Positions 10,088 to 19,527 of a DNA stretch of 64,000 nucleotides are shown here, in pieces. The notes under the pieces were generated by a model. It was not told the origin of the DNA. It saw nothing but the letters and a program-made list of their open reading frames with translations, and did not search any database. Positions within the stretch are counted from its first letter, which is position 1; each line of letters begins with the position of its first letter. Source of the DNA: a bacterium (GTDB lineage Bacteria; Vulcanimicrobiota; Xenobia; Xenobiales; Xenobiaceae); NCBI GenBank assembly GCA_017458675.1, contig JAFTAM010000169.1, positions 9,111 to 73,110 on the forward strand, given 5' to 3'. Made by a program: the position numbers and the translations under genes.

Positions 10088-10093
10088 AAAAGC

Positions 10094-10843
10094 TCAGTTC
10101 CTCCATTTGCGACTTTCCAGGCAGCAGACGGCCAGATAAATAAAGAACACAGCCCCGGCCGCGAAATATATCACATCCTGACTGCAGATTACGCCCTTGG
10201 CGAAAAAATCCATATGGCTGATAAACGACAGCTTGCCGATATGCGAAGCATAAGCGGCGCCGTTCTGATCTAAATAAAAAAGAAGCCATAAACCTATAAC
10301 GATAGCATAATTCAGCGAAGCGGCCGTAAGCTGGCTGGAAGTTATGCTGGCGGCAAAGATTCCCGTCGCCGCGATCGCGCAGGAAAAGAGAATCAGCCCT
10401 AAATAGCCGCTGAACACCACGCCCCATTCTATCGTACAGTATTTGCCTACAAAAAGAATACCGCTGGTGGAAAGGGCCAGCAGGATTAAAATTATCGGCA
10501 TTACGCCGAAAAACTTGCCCAAAACGATATTCCAGTCCGACAGAGGGTAAGTAAAGAGCAGCTCCAGCATTCCCGAGTTCTTATCCTCGGCGAAGGTGCG
10601 CATTGTCATCAGAGGGACAAAGAACATCAGCAAAAACGACAGTATATAAATTATACTCGGCACAAAATAGACATTGACATTACAGGGGAAGCCGCCCTGC
10701 ATGGCATTCTGAGAAAGGTTGGCATATTCGCTTATGCCCAGACAGAGAAAAAAGCCGAAAACAGCCAGAAACGCCGCCATCAGCGACCAGGCCAGCAGCG
10801 AACTGAAATAAGCCTTCATTTCACGGTAAAAAACAGCACCCAT
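10094..10843 (-). CDS. ABC-2 type transporter permease (GldF-like)
   Basis: Polytopic, about 6 TM. I prefer the ATG at 10843, 1 nt after the ATPase stop TAG, over the track start at 10870. Confidence 0.7.
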   Translation of the reverse strand: MGAVFYREMKAYFSSLLAWSLMAAFLAVFGFFLCLGISEYANLSQNAMQGGFPCNVNVYFVPSIIYILSFLLMFFVPLMTMRTFAEDKNSGMLELLFTYPLSDWNIVLGKFFGVMPIILILLALSTSGILFVGKYCTIEWGVVFSGYLGLILFSCAIAATGIFAASITSSQLTAASLNYAIVIGLWLLFYLDQNGAAYASHIGKLSFISHMDFFAKGVICSQDVIYFAAGAVFFIYLAVCCLESRKWRN

Positions 10844-10844
10844 A

Positions 10845-12008
10845 CTACACCTTCTCCTGATCTTTGTCATCGGATTCCGAGTCTGCGCTCAAATCCTGCT
10901 TATCAGCTTCGCCAGCCTCAGCTTCCTTGCTTAAATCAACCTTTTCAGCCGCTCCGGCCTCTTCCGCGGGAGCTTCGGCAGCTGACTCGGACGCCTCGTT
11001 TTTAGTGAGATCGACTTCCTTCTCTTTATTGACCAGATGAAGAAAGACGTCTTCCAAAGACAGCTTGTCCTCATAGAGGCCGTAAATCTCCCATTTTTTC
11101 TCGGCGATCAGAGCTGTAATACTGTGGCGCACCGATATATTTTCTCTGGGATACTCTATCTTATAGGAAAGCAGAGGCAAATCGTATCCGGCCAGTCTCT
11201 GTCCGCCCAGATTTTCTATGCTGATAACATCGGTGAGCTTTTTCAGTTCGGTCATAACCGCCTCCGAAGTCTGAGCCAGAACCTCCAGCTTCAGAGCTTT
11301 GGTCCTTTCCAGGCGGTCGGAAAGGTTCGACGGAGTATCCATCGCCACAATGGCGCCCTTATCGATAATGCAGACCCTGTCGCACATCAGGGATACCTCG
11401 GGAAGGATATGCGTCGAGAGGATCACCGTGGAATTTTTGGCCAGGCTCAATATGAGATCGCGGAAATCTTTAATCTGAGCGGGGTCCAGTCCCACCGACG
11501 GCTCGTCCAGAATCAGGATGGGAGGATTGTTGATTATCGCCTGAGCCAGACCGACGCGCTGCCTGTAGCCGCGGGAGATCGTAGATATCAGCTGTTCGGA
11601 GACATCCAGAAGATTGCATCTTTCCAGCGCGGAAGCCACGGCGGGCTTAATATCGATAGCAGCCATGCCCTTGGCCTTAGCTACAAAATATAAAAACTCC
11701 GATACCTTTAAATCAGCGTACAACGGCACGTTTTCAGGCATAAATCCTAAAGAGGCGCGCACGGACTCGCTGTCCTTCAATATGTCAAAGCCGTTAACCG
11801 TCGCCGTGCCGCTGGTCGGCGGATAAAAGCATGTAAGCATTTTCATAGTCGTGGTTTTTCCGGCGCCGTTAGGCCCCAGGAATCCCAGAATTTCACCTTT
11901 TTTAACGGAGAACGAAACGCGATCCACGGCCGTTTTTCCGTAAAAGGTCTTCGTCAGCCTTTTAGCCACAATTATAGAATCTAAATCGTTGTCTCTGGAT
12001 TCCGGCAT
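10845..12008 (-). CDS. ABC transporter ATP-binding protein (GldA-like) with an acidic C-terminal tail
   Basis: Walker A GPNGAGKTTTMKML, signature SRGYRQRVGLA, Walker B ILILDEPSVGLD. The last ~70 aa are Glu/Asp/Ala-rich. Confidence 0.9.
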   Translation of the reverse strand: MPESRDNDLDSIIVAKRLTKTFYGKTAVDRVSFSVKKGEILGFLGPNGAGKTTTMKMLTCFYPPTSGTATVNGFDILKDSESVRASLGFMPENVPLYADLKVSEFLYFVAKAKGMAAIDIKPAVASALERCNLLDVSEQLISTISRGYRQRVGLAQAIINNPPILILDEPSVGLDPAQIKDFRDLILSLAKNSTVILSTHILPEVSLMCDRVCIIDKGAIVAMDTPSNLSDRLERTKALKLEVLAQTSEAVMTELKKLTDVISIENLGGQRLAGYDLPLLSYKIEYPRENISVRHSITALIAEKKWEIYGLYEDKLSLEDVFLHLVNKEKEVDLTKNEASESAAEAPAEEAGAAEKVDLSKEAEAGEADKQDLSADSESDDKDQEKV

Positions 12009-12297
12009 TTTTCTGCTCCACCATAAAATAATATCTGCATGCGGACCGACAGACGTCAGTCACAATCATATAAAGATAATTTCAAAAAAAAAGCATACCG
12101 CTCCCTTATTCAAAAATTTTCCAGCAGTTCTGCCCGTTATCGGCTATTACCTCTTTTATGCAAATTATTAAAGTCAACCCCTCCCCCACCATAACTTAAA
12201 GGAGGTCGGAAGCAGGGGAACCAGCCTGAGACAAGAAGCCTGTTCGGATCTATCAAATTAAAATTTTCAGCAAGCTTTCAGAAAAGAGGTAATACGC

Positions 12298-13257
12298 GTG
12301 CCCCCCTTGCTTCCTATAGGAAGCAGTCTCCGCAACAGATACCGCATAGTCAATGCCTTAAGCCAAACCAGATTCAGCAATTTGTACGTAGCCCAGGACG
12401 ACCATCTGACCAGCCGCTACTGGGTTATAAAAGAGATTGGCATTTACGGTATGTCGCCGGGAGATCGCTCAAAAATGAGCCAGCTTTTTCAGGCCGAATC
12501 ATATCAGATCTCGGCCCTTGAGCACGTGTGCATTCCTAAGCTCATAGATTATTTCTGTCAGTCGCAGTGTCTATATATTGTGCGCGAATTCATACCCGGA
12601 AACGATCTGGCCTCTCTGATTGAAAGCCGCATTCTGCCGGAGACCGAGATTATCAATATCGGCCTGCAGCTCTGCGACCTATGCATCTATCTGCAGAGCA
12701 AAAACTTCACGGCCAGTCTTTACACCAATCTGAAGCTTTCCAATATCGTTATGCGCAGCGACGGCCATATCAGCATTCTCGATATCGGCTATCTCAACAT
12801 CAACAACATCATCAGAAACGAGCAGGAACTTGCGCAGGAATACGTTCCCCCGGAGACCTTTACCGGAGCCTTCAGCAGCGAGTCCAAAATGCTCATATAT
12901 ATTATCGGAAGCATAATCTATCATTTGTTTACCGGTCTGAACCCTTCGGTCTCTACCTTCAACCTTCCGCCTATCGAAACTATCCGCCAGGATATCTGCC
13001 CTGCCTCCAGAGCCGCTGCGGAAAGAGCGCTGAAAAACGATCCCCGCGATCGCTTCAGCTCGATCGGCGACCTGCAGAGCAGCCTGACCAAGGCCTTCCA
13101 GATATCAGCCAAGCGCTCGGGCCATAAAAACGCCATGCCCACTATAACCGACCGAAATGACGGCGGCTCTTCGAGCTGGCTGTGGATCGTAATCCTGCTG
13201 ATAGTGTTTCTGATCGGCGGCGCCGTCTTCGTACTGTATCAGATGTATTTGAAATAA
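12298..13257 (+). CDS. Hanks-type kinase-like protein, predicted pseudokinase, with a C-terminal TM anchor
   Basis: Kinase fold markers are retained: WVIKEI (VAIK Lys), LDIGY (DFG position), VPPE (APE). The Gly-loop is lost (ALSQTRFSNLY) and the catalytic loop reads YTNLKLSN instead of HRDLKxxN. C-terminal TM WLWIVILLIVFLIGGAVFVLY. GTG start. Confidence 0.7.
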   Translation: MPPLLPIGSSLRNRYRIVNALSQTRFSNLYVAQDDHLTSRYWVIKEIGIYGMSPGDRSKMSQLFQAESYQISALEHVCIPKLIDYFCQSQCLYIVREFIPGNDLASLIESRILPETEIINIGLQLCDLCIYLQSKNFTASLYTNLKLSNIVMRSDGHISILDIGYLNINNIIRNEQELAQEYVPPETFTGAFSSESKMLIYIIGSIIYHLFTGLNPSVSTFNLPPIETIRQDICPASRAAAERALKNDPRDRFSSIGDLQSSLTKAFQISAKRSGHKNAMPTITDRNDGGSSSWLWIVILLIVFLIGGAVFVLYQMYLK

Positions 13258-13306
13258 ACTACAGCCCTTGAATTTACAGCATAAAAATTAAGAGAGGAAA
13301 AACGGT

Positions 13307-14416
13307 TTGCAGACTCCAGGTACTATAATAGGAAACAGATATAAGGTTCTCCGTCTCTTGGGACAGGGCGGCATGAGCAATATTTATATATGCCAGGATA
13401 TAAATATGTATTATAAATCCTGCGCAGTCAAAGAGTTTGCAGCCCTCTACGCCGATCCCAAGGAGCAGGCCACGGCTCTGCAGCACTTCCAGCGCGAGGG
13501 AGAGCTTTTAAAAAGCCTGTCCCACCGCAATATCCCGGCCTATTACGATTTCTTCCAGGACAACGGCAGATATTATCTGGCCATGGAATATATCCAGGGC
13601 GACGATTTAGGCAAAACTCTGGAAAAGGCCGGCGGGCCTCTGCCCGAGCTTGACGTGGCCGACTGGGGCATGCAGTGCGCCAAGGTGCTGTACTACCTTC
13701 ACTGCCACAAACCCGATCCTATTATTTTCAGAGACGTGAAGCCCAGCAATATCATTATTGTCCAGGGCGTCGTCAAGCTCATCGATTTCGGCATCGCCAG
13801 ACTCTTCAGCAGCGCCAAGCGCGGAGACACCATGCGCATCGGCTCTCCCGGCTATGCTCCCCCCGAACAGTATCAGGGCAAAACCGATCAGCGCTCGGAT
13901 ATATTCGCCTTGGGCATGACTCTCAGACATGCTCTGACCGGAAAAGATCCCACGCTGGAGCCCAATCCTTTCATCGTACAAAAGATCCCCATTCTTACCG
14001 ACAACCCCAACGTATCTCCGGAGCTGGCCGCTATTGTGGAAAAAGCCATACGTCTGCTGCCGGAAGAGCGTTACCAGAATATGCGCGACCTGAAATGCGA
14101 TCTGAGCGACTTCCTGGAGTCAAAATGCGCAGGCCGCGGCAGGACCACCCCCTCGCTCAATCCGGCCCTGGGAGCGGCGGCCATAACCGCGGCTCAAACG
14201 GCCGTAGCCGCGCCGGTTTCGGCCGTTCCGCAGGTTCCCCCCACAATTCCCGTCGCCGCTCCTATGCTGCAGACGGGTCCGATTCCCTCTCAGCCTCCGG
14301 CCCCGACGCAAGCTTATCCGGCAGCTTCTCCCTCACCTGTTCCGGCCCCCGCGCCTAAGCCGGCTCCCGCAGCGCCTCCCCGGTTAAGGCCAAGACGTCC
14401 GCGCCTCCGGCCATAA
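13307..14416 (+). CDS. Ser/Thr protein kinase (Hanks type) with a Pro/Ala-rich tail. Probably the 5' part of a frameshift-split gene.
   Basis: LGQGGMSNIY, CAVKEF, FRDVKPSNIII, DFGIARLF, GSPGYAPPEQ. It ends in an implausible PRLRPRRPRLRP tail after a C-run. Confidence 0.85.
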   Translation: MQTPGTIIGNRYKVLRLLGQGGMSNIYICQDINMYYKSCAVKEFAALYADPKEQATALQHFQREGELLKSLSHRNIPAYYDFFQDNGRYYLAMEYIQGDDLGKTLEKAGGPLPELDVADWGMQCAKVLYYLHCHKPDPIIFRDVKPSNIIIVQGVVKLIDFGIARLFSSAKRGDTMRIGSPGYAPPEQYQGKTDQRSDIFALGMTLRHALTGKDPTLEPNPFIVQKIPILTDNPNVSPELAAIVEKAIRLLPEERYQNMRDLKCDLSDFLESKCAGRGRTTPSLNPALGAAAITAAQTAVAAPVSAVPQVPPTIPVAAPMLQTGPIPSQPPAPTQAYPAASPSPVPAPAPKPAPAAPPRLRPRRPRLRP

Positions 14417-14478
14417 TCGCCCCGGCGGCCAAGAACCAGGGCAGCTCCGGCTCCGCTGCCGCCGGCGCACCGGTAATA

Positions 14479-15714
14479 GTGCCCGTCAGCAGTCCCAAAG
14501 CGGGAATCGGCAAAATTTTCGGCTATGCGTTCAAGGCCGCCTGTCTGCTCTTTACCGGAGCGGCTCTGGCCGCCGCTTCAGGCCTGTGGCGCCCGGACGT
14601 TTCCTTTTTGCTTCCCTATCTGAGCGCTCCGGGAAGGCAGAGCGCCTCTTCCGAAGAGAGTTCTGGCCGCGCAGCCGCTCTGTCCTCGCCGCTTTTGATC
14701 GCTGCGGACGTTCTGCGCAAGGCGCCCGAGCTGCAGACGGACTCCATTAACGACGTTTACAAATACACCCGGGATCGGACGTATGTGCGGGAAGCTCTGA
14801 CCAAGGCCCTGGAAGCCAATCCCGCCGATCTGGAGATCGCGCTTCTCAATGAAAACGCCCTGGCGTCCGATTCAGCCGTCGCCGTAAATATTGCCGTCGC
14901 GCCCGCCAACAGACAGAGCGTCCTGCTGGGCGCGGCAGCCGCTCAGAAATATGTGCGCGAGCGCGGAGGCATGAAGGGACGGCTGCTTAAGGTCAACTTA
15001 ATAACCGCGGAAAGCGAAGCGGAGGCTCTGCACAAGCTCCGCCTGCCCGCCGACGCGGCCGCGGAGACGCCTTCGGCAGAATCAGGCGGAACCGCCGTCA
15101 TGCTCGACTCGGCGCTGTTAAACGGGGAAGCCTCAAAAAGCCGAAATAAAAAAATTACCTATATACCGACCTCGCCTCAGAGCCCCGGCTATATAAGCTC
15201 CGTAGCCTTTACGGCCAAAGAGGCCAAAATCAAGGAGCCCATTCTGACCAACTCCGACAGCGTCCAGGCCGAGCTCGCCCAGGCAGGCTTTGCCGGCGTC
15301 CAAAAAGTAGAGGGCGTCTATCCTCAGGATAAGTCCTCGGCCACATTCATTATAGATCCCGCCGAATCGGACAAGGACTGGCAGCTTCCCTCCTCGGTAA
15401 CGGCGGTAATTTTAACTCCCACCGAAGAGGCTCTGAAAAAACTTCCCTCCGGCCTGCCTGCCGGGAATACCCAGGCCTGGATCCTTCTGACGCCGGACTC
15501 TCTTTGTCCCGACGCCGCCGAATTCTTAAATATTGACGCCCTGAAGAGACATCCGGAAAGCTTTGGCAGCTTCCACAATTCCCTGCAGACCGCCGACCTG
15601 CTTTTGAATGTTCTGGCCGACAGAAGCGGACAGAGCGGCCGCGGCTACGGATTCTTGTCAAATAAACGGGGAAGCTCCGACAGTCCTTTAAAATGCCGAA
15701 TCAAAGTATTATAA
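14479..15714 (+). CDS. TM-anchored extracytoplasmic domain protein. Probably the 3' part of the upstream kinase gene.
   Basis: The frame is open from 14359. It has a TM helix (IFGYAFKAACLLFTGAALAAASGLW) followed by a ~380-aa soluble domain. This is the same order of parts as in the 809-aa kinase at 37911-40340. Confidence 0.6.
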   Translation: MPVSSPKAGIGKIFGYAFKAACLLFTGAALAAASGLWRPDVSFLLPYLSAPGRQSASSEESSGRAAALSSPLLIAADVLRKAPELQTDSINDVYKYTRDRTYVREALTKALEANPADLEIALLNENALASDSAVAVNIAVAPANRQSVLLGAAAAQKYVRERGGMKGRLLKVNLITAESEAEALHKLRLPADAAAETPSAESGGTAVMLDSALLNGEASKSRNKKITYIPTSPQSPGYISSVAFTAKEAKIKEPILTNSDSVQAELAQAGFAGVQKVEGVYPQDKSSATFIIDPAESDKDWQLPSSVTAVILTPTEEALKKLPSGLPAGNTQAWILLTPDSLCPDAAEFLNIDALKRHPESFGSFHNSLQTADLLLNVLADRSGQSGRGYGFLSNKRGSSDSPLKCRIKVL

Positions 15715-15732
15715 AAATACACGGAGATTATT

Positions 15733-16404
15733 ATGGCTAAAATTATATACAGAATTATAGTATTTTTGACGGCCTGCTCCGCAGGTCTGCTGCTGGCTCC
15801 GGGACTTATTCAGCTTCTTAAGCTTCCCCACAGCCTGACCGTCAAATTTATTCTGGCTATAGTATTGGCCGCACTCTGCACCATGGCTTTCCACGTCCTG
15901 TCCGAACGCTATCAGACCATAAGGGAGGAAACCGAGAACTATCCGAGCGATCAGGGCTGGGCCTGGCTTAAACCGGCGGGCATTGCCATTAAATCTCCCT
16001 TCCCCGTCAACAAAGCCCAGGTAATTATCGGCAGAGAAATCGCCTGTGATATCATGCTCTGCGACGATTCAATATCCCGCCGCCACGCTGAGGTAATCAG
16101 AGACTCCGATTGCTGGCGCGTTCACGATCTGGGCAGCAGCAACGGCACCTTTGTCAACGGCAAGCGCATAGAAGAAGTTGAACTGGCCGACGGAGACGTC
16201 ATTACCCTGGGCGATATAAATCTGACTTTCGAGGCCCCCAGAGTCATAATTAACTCCGACAATCCCGAGCCGGTCAGCAACATCCAGATTACTCCCGAAT
16301 CTCTCGGCATAGAAACTCAGGTCCATACTTCCTCCACAATGCCGCTGCAGTCGCCTACCGAGCTTTGGAACGCTCCTACCGAACAAAATCCCCGCCGCCA
16401 GTAA
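15733..16404 (+). CDS. FHA domain-containing membrane protein
   Basis: Two N-terminal TM helices, then an FHA core: VIIGREIACDIMLCDDSISRRHAEVIRD...HDLGSSNGTFVNGKRI. Confidence 0.85.
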   Translation: MAKIIYRIIVFLTACSAGLLLAPGLIQLLKLPHSLTVKFILAIVLAALCTMAFHVLSERYQTIREETENYPSDQGWAWLKPAGIAIKSPFPVNKAQVIIGREIACDIMLCDDSISRRHAEVIRDSDCWRVHDLGSSNGTFVNGKRIEEVELADGDVITLGDINLTFEAPRVIINSDNPEPVSNIQITPESLGIETQVHTSSTMPLQSPTELWNAPTEQNPRRQ

Positions 16405-16441
16405 TTCAAATCCGTCATTTTAAGCGAAAGTCGATAAGCAA

Positions 16442-18733
16442 ATGAGCAACCGCAAAGCTGTCTGCAAGGAATATCTCACGGTGAGCGGCATTCTTCTGGC
16501 TCTGGCGGCCGCTGTTTTTTTTCCGGCCGTCTTCGGAGGCCGTTTTATCTATGCGGGAGATTATACCGGCTCCGATCTTCTGGATCTCAACCTGCCTCTG
16601 CGCTTTTTAGCCGCCGAAGCCGTAAAGGGCGGCAGTCTGCCTACCTGGTCAAAGCTCATAGGCAACGGCTTCCCGCTATTGGCGGAGGGACAGGCCGGCG
16701 TATTTTATCCTCTGACCCTGCCGCTGTTCTGTCTCTTTTCCGTTCCGACGGCTTCAAATCTCAGTATAATTCTTTCTCTGCTGATCGCCGGTCTGGGGAC
16801 TTACCGCCTGGGCAGGCTTTACGGTCTCGACAAAGCTGCCGCGGTATTTTCCGCTGTCACTTTTGCTTTCAGTCCCATAGTCGTCTTTCGCTTAAAGCAC
16901 CTGAATATGCTCCAGGTTATGGTATGGCTGCCCTGGAGCCTGACCTGCATCAAGCGGACTGCAGATTGTCTTCAGATCGAAAAGCGGATTGACAGAGTTC
17001 AAATTTGTTTTTTAGCGGCTATATGGGGTCTGCAAATCCTGGCAGGCCACCCTCACATGACCTGCATATGCGGCATAGCCGATCTTATTTACGCCGCCGT
17101 TCTCTGGCTGCTGTCTTTAAAAAAAGGCGATTCTCAAGGCCTCCTGCAAACGCTTAAGGGACTGTCTCTGGCGCTGGCGGCAGGCGCCGTTTTGGGCGCG
17201 GCTCTGGGGGCGGCGCAGCTGCTGCCGACTTTCAGCCTGGCCTCTCAGTCCACGCGAAGCGAAAAAATACCCTATGAACAGCTCAGTCAATATCCATTTA
17301 AGGCCGAGCACCTGCGGCTGCTGCTCTCTCCCTTTCTCTTCGAAAACCCGGCCGACAGCGCGGAAGACCGGCTCAGCCGCAGCGACATCGGCCGCCAGGG
17401 CGTATTCTGGGAAGCTATGCCTTACCTGGGGCTCATAGCTCTCATGGCTTTAATTCCCGCATTTTGGCACAGGGACAGAAGGGCGGCGGCATCTCTGGCG
17501 GTTTCGGCATTGATTATGCTGCTTCTGGCCTTCGGACCGGCCGGCCGCTTATATTATCTGCTGTGGAAGTTCTTCCCCGGCTTTGATCGCTTCAGATTTC
17601 CGGCCCGCTTTCTGGTCGCCTTCGGAAGCTTTGCCGCCGTCTGGGCCGGACTGGGTCTGCAGACCGTAAGCGAAGCGCTGAGCAAAAAGTATTCCAGGCC
17701 CGTCGTCAGCGGCGTCCTGATTCTGCTGATCGGCGCGGCCGCTCTCGATCTGGGCATCAATATCAATAAATATACAGCTTACCCTCAAAACGGCGTCTTC
17801 GCCGCCTCTCAGGCCGCCGAGGCCTTAAAGGGCGCCGCCAGAACCGCCGTTCCCGAGCTTCAGGACGAATGGTACATGGAGATAAAAGTCCCCGGCTGGA
17901 AGCGGGAAGAAGCGAAAATCGGCGCCTTTATGCACTGTCTGCCCCTGGATTCGGCCGCTTTCTGGCATATACCCCAGCACAGCAGCAGAATAGTCTGGGA
18001 GGGAGGCATGAGCTTTCCGGAATTCTGGCAGATGCAGACTCTCCAGCAAAAACTTTTGAAACTGGACAAAACCTCTGAAAACCGAAGAGTACTGAGAGAA
18101 ACCGCTGAATTTTTATACCGCCTGCAGAACGTCAGTCACCTGCTGTCCTTCAATCCCTGGTTCGGCGAAGACGGCCGTGAGCTGAAGCCGGTAAAGGAAA
18201 TAAAGGAGCCGTATCTCTCTAAAACTTTAAAAATATATAAAATCGGCGAACCTCAGCCACGCGTCCGCTTAACGGCCGATTTTCGCTTTATTCCTCCGGA
18301 AAAGGAGCTTAAAGACTTTCTCATTAAATACGACGGACTGCTGGCCGACGGCTGCTGCCTGCTGGCCGAGGCGGCGGAATATGAAGACGAAAACGCCTAT
18401 GCCTCCTATCGGAAAACGGAATTGGGACCGAACGAATACTGCCGTATAATTGAAGAAAAAGATAATTATATAAAAACTGAATGCGAAACCGCCGCTGCGC
18501 GTCTTCTCTATATGCCGGAGAACTGGTCTCGGGAATGGAGCGCCGAAGCAGACGGAAAACAAATTCCCCTTTACCGCGCCAACTACGCCTTTATGGCCTG
18601 TTTCGTACCGGCAGGGAAGCACTGCGTAATTCTGAGACATTATCCCCGCTTGCTGACCGCCGGCCTGCTTATCAGCCTGCTCGGCGCCGCCTGTATAATA
18701 TCAGTCCTTTGCTTTGAAGCAAAAGGCCGCTGA
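16442..18733 (+). CDS. Large polytopic membrane protein, YfhO-like (GT-C-type glycosyltransferase candidate)
   Basis: A ~450-aa N-terminal multi-TM region, a soluble C-terminal domain and a final C-terminal TM helix. The size and layout resemble the YfhO family. Assignment is by architecture only. Confidence 0.45.
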   Translation: MSNRKAVCKEYLTVSGILLALAAAVFFPAVFGGRFIYAGDYTGSDLLDLNLPLRFLAAEAVKGGSLPTWSKLIGNGFPLLAEGQAGVFYPLTLPLFCLFSVPTASNLSIILSLLIAGLGTYRLGRLYGLDKAAAVFSAVTFAFSPIVVFRLKHLNMLQVMVWLPWSLTCIKRTADCLQIEKRIDRVQICFLAAIWGLQILAGHPHMTCICGIADLIYAAVLWLLSLKKGDSQGLLQTLKGLSLALAAGAVLGAALGAAQLLPTFSLASQSTRSEKIPYEQLSQYPFKAEHLRLLLSPFLFENPADSAEDRLSRSDIGRQGVFWEAMPYLGLIALMALIPAFWHRDRRAAASLAVSALIMLLLAFGPAGRLYYLLWKFFPGFDRFRFPARFLVAFGSFAAVWAGLGLQTVSEALSKKYSRPVVSGVLILLIGAAALDLGININKYTAYPQNGVFAASQAAEALKGAARTAVPELQDEWYMEIKVPGWKREEAKIGAFMHCLPLDSAAFWHIPQHSSRIVWEGGMSFPEFWQMQTLQQKLLKLDKTSENRRVLRETAEFLYRLQNVSHLLSFNPWFGEDGRELKPVKEIKEPYLSKTLKIYKIGEPQPRVRLTADFRFIPPEKELKDFLIKYDGLLADGCCLLAEAAEYEDENAYASYRKTELGPNEYCRIIEEKDNYIKTECETAAARLLYMPENWSREWSAEADGKQIPLYRANYAFMACFVPAGKHCVILRHYPRLLTAGLLISLLGAACIISVLCFEAKGR

Positions 18734-18877
18734 ATTCAGTAAAAATACTTATCCTTAATCCGCCCTGTCAGCCGCGCAATCCATATAAAGGAATAATTGC
18801 TCAAACCGTGAAACCACTTATATTTCTTGCCGCTGTAGCACAGATGTCAACAAAACGGCAAAAGAAAGGTTTTTGAC

Positions 18878-19426
18878 ATGAAAAAATGGTTCCCCACCAT
18901 GGTGCTTTTGGCAGCCTTGACCGCAGCCTGCACCACTCAGCCCAACCCCGGCAACAATCCGCCTCCGTCGGGCGATAACCCTCCGCCTCCGCCGGGCGTA
19001 GCAGATCAGAGCAATGCCAATTCAGCCAATGACGAAGCCGCTGTCGCTTTAATGGAAGCTCACGAAAAGTTTGCCGAAACCGCTGATAAAGCAAAGCTGT
19101 CAGGTAGCGCAAAATCAGACCTCGACAAGGCTTTCACCAAAGCCATAGATACTATTAAGGGGCCCACTCCCAAAGTCGAAAAAGTCGCCGCCTTCGATGA
19201 ACTCGTAGGACTGGCCAATAAAACTGCCGCCGAAAACGCGGGCATGAAAGAAATGGCCGCCAACCTGGAACAGCAGAAGAAAGACTTTGAAAACGCTCCC
19301 GAGCCTCCTCAGGAACCCGGCACTCCTCAGGACCCCAACCGCGCACCCGAGCCTGCCGACGGCAGCGCGCCTCCGGCGGCTGACGCTCCCCCGGCGGCCG
19401 ACGCTCCCCCGGCGGCCGGCAAATAA
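18878..19426 (+). CDS. Lipoprotein, Pro-rich, function unknown
   Basis: Signal peptide with lipobox (VLLAALTAAC). Pro-rich linkers flank a helical core. Confidence 0.7.
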   Translation: MKKWFPTMVLLAALTAACTTQPNPGNNPPPSGDNPPPPPGVADQSNANSANDEAAVALMEAHEKFAETADKAKLSGSAKSDLDKAFTKAIDTIKGPTPKVEKVAAFDELVGLANKTAAENAGMKEMAANLEQQKKDFENAPEPPQEPGTPQDPNRAPEPADGSAPPAADAPPAADAPPAAGK

Positions 19427-19452
19427 CGGAAAATACTCTTGAATATATAATA

Positions 19453-19482
19453 AAAGGCAGTTACAATTTGCTGACTGCCTTT
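19453..19482 (+). terminator. Hairpin after the lipoprotein gene (weak T-tract)
   Basis: aaaggcagt / actgccttt stem with a 12-nt loop, then tattat. It overlaps the track start at 19468, which argues for the ATG at 19528 as the next gene's start. Confidence 0.35.
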
Positions 19483-19527
19483 TATTATGTAAAAATACTG
19501 CAGCATACAGAGGATAACAAAAGATAT

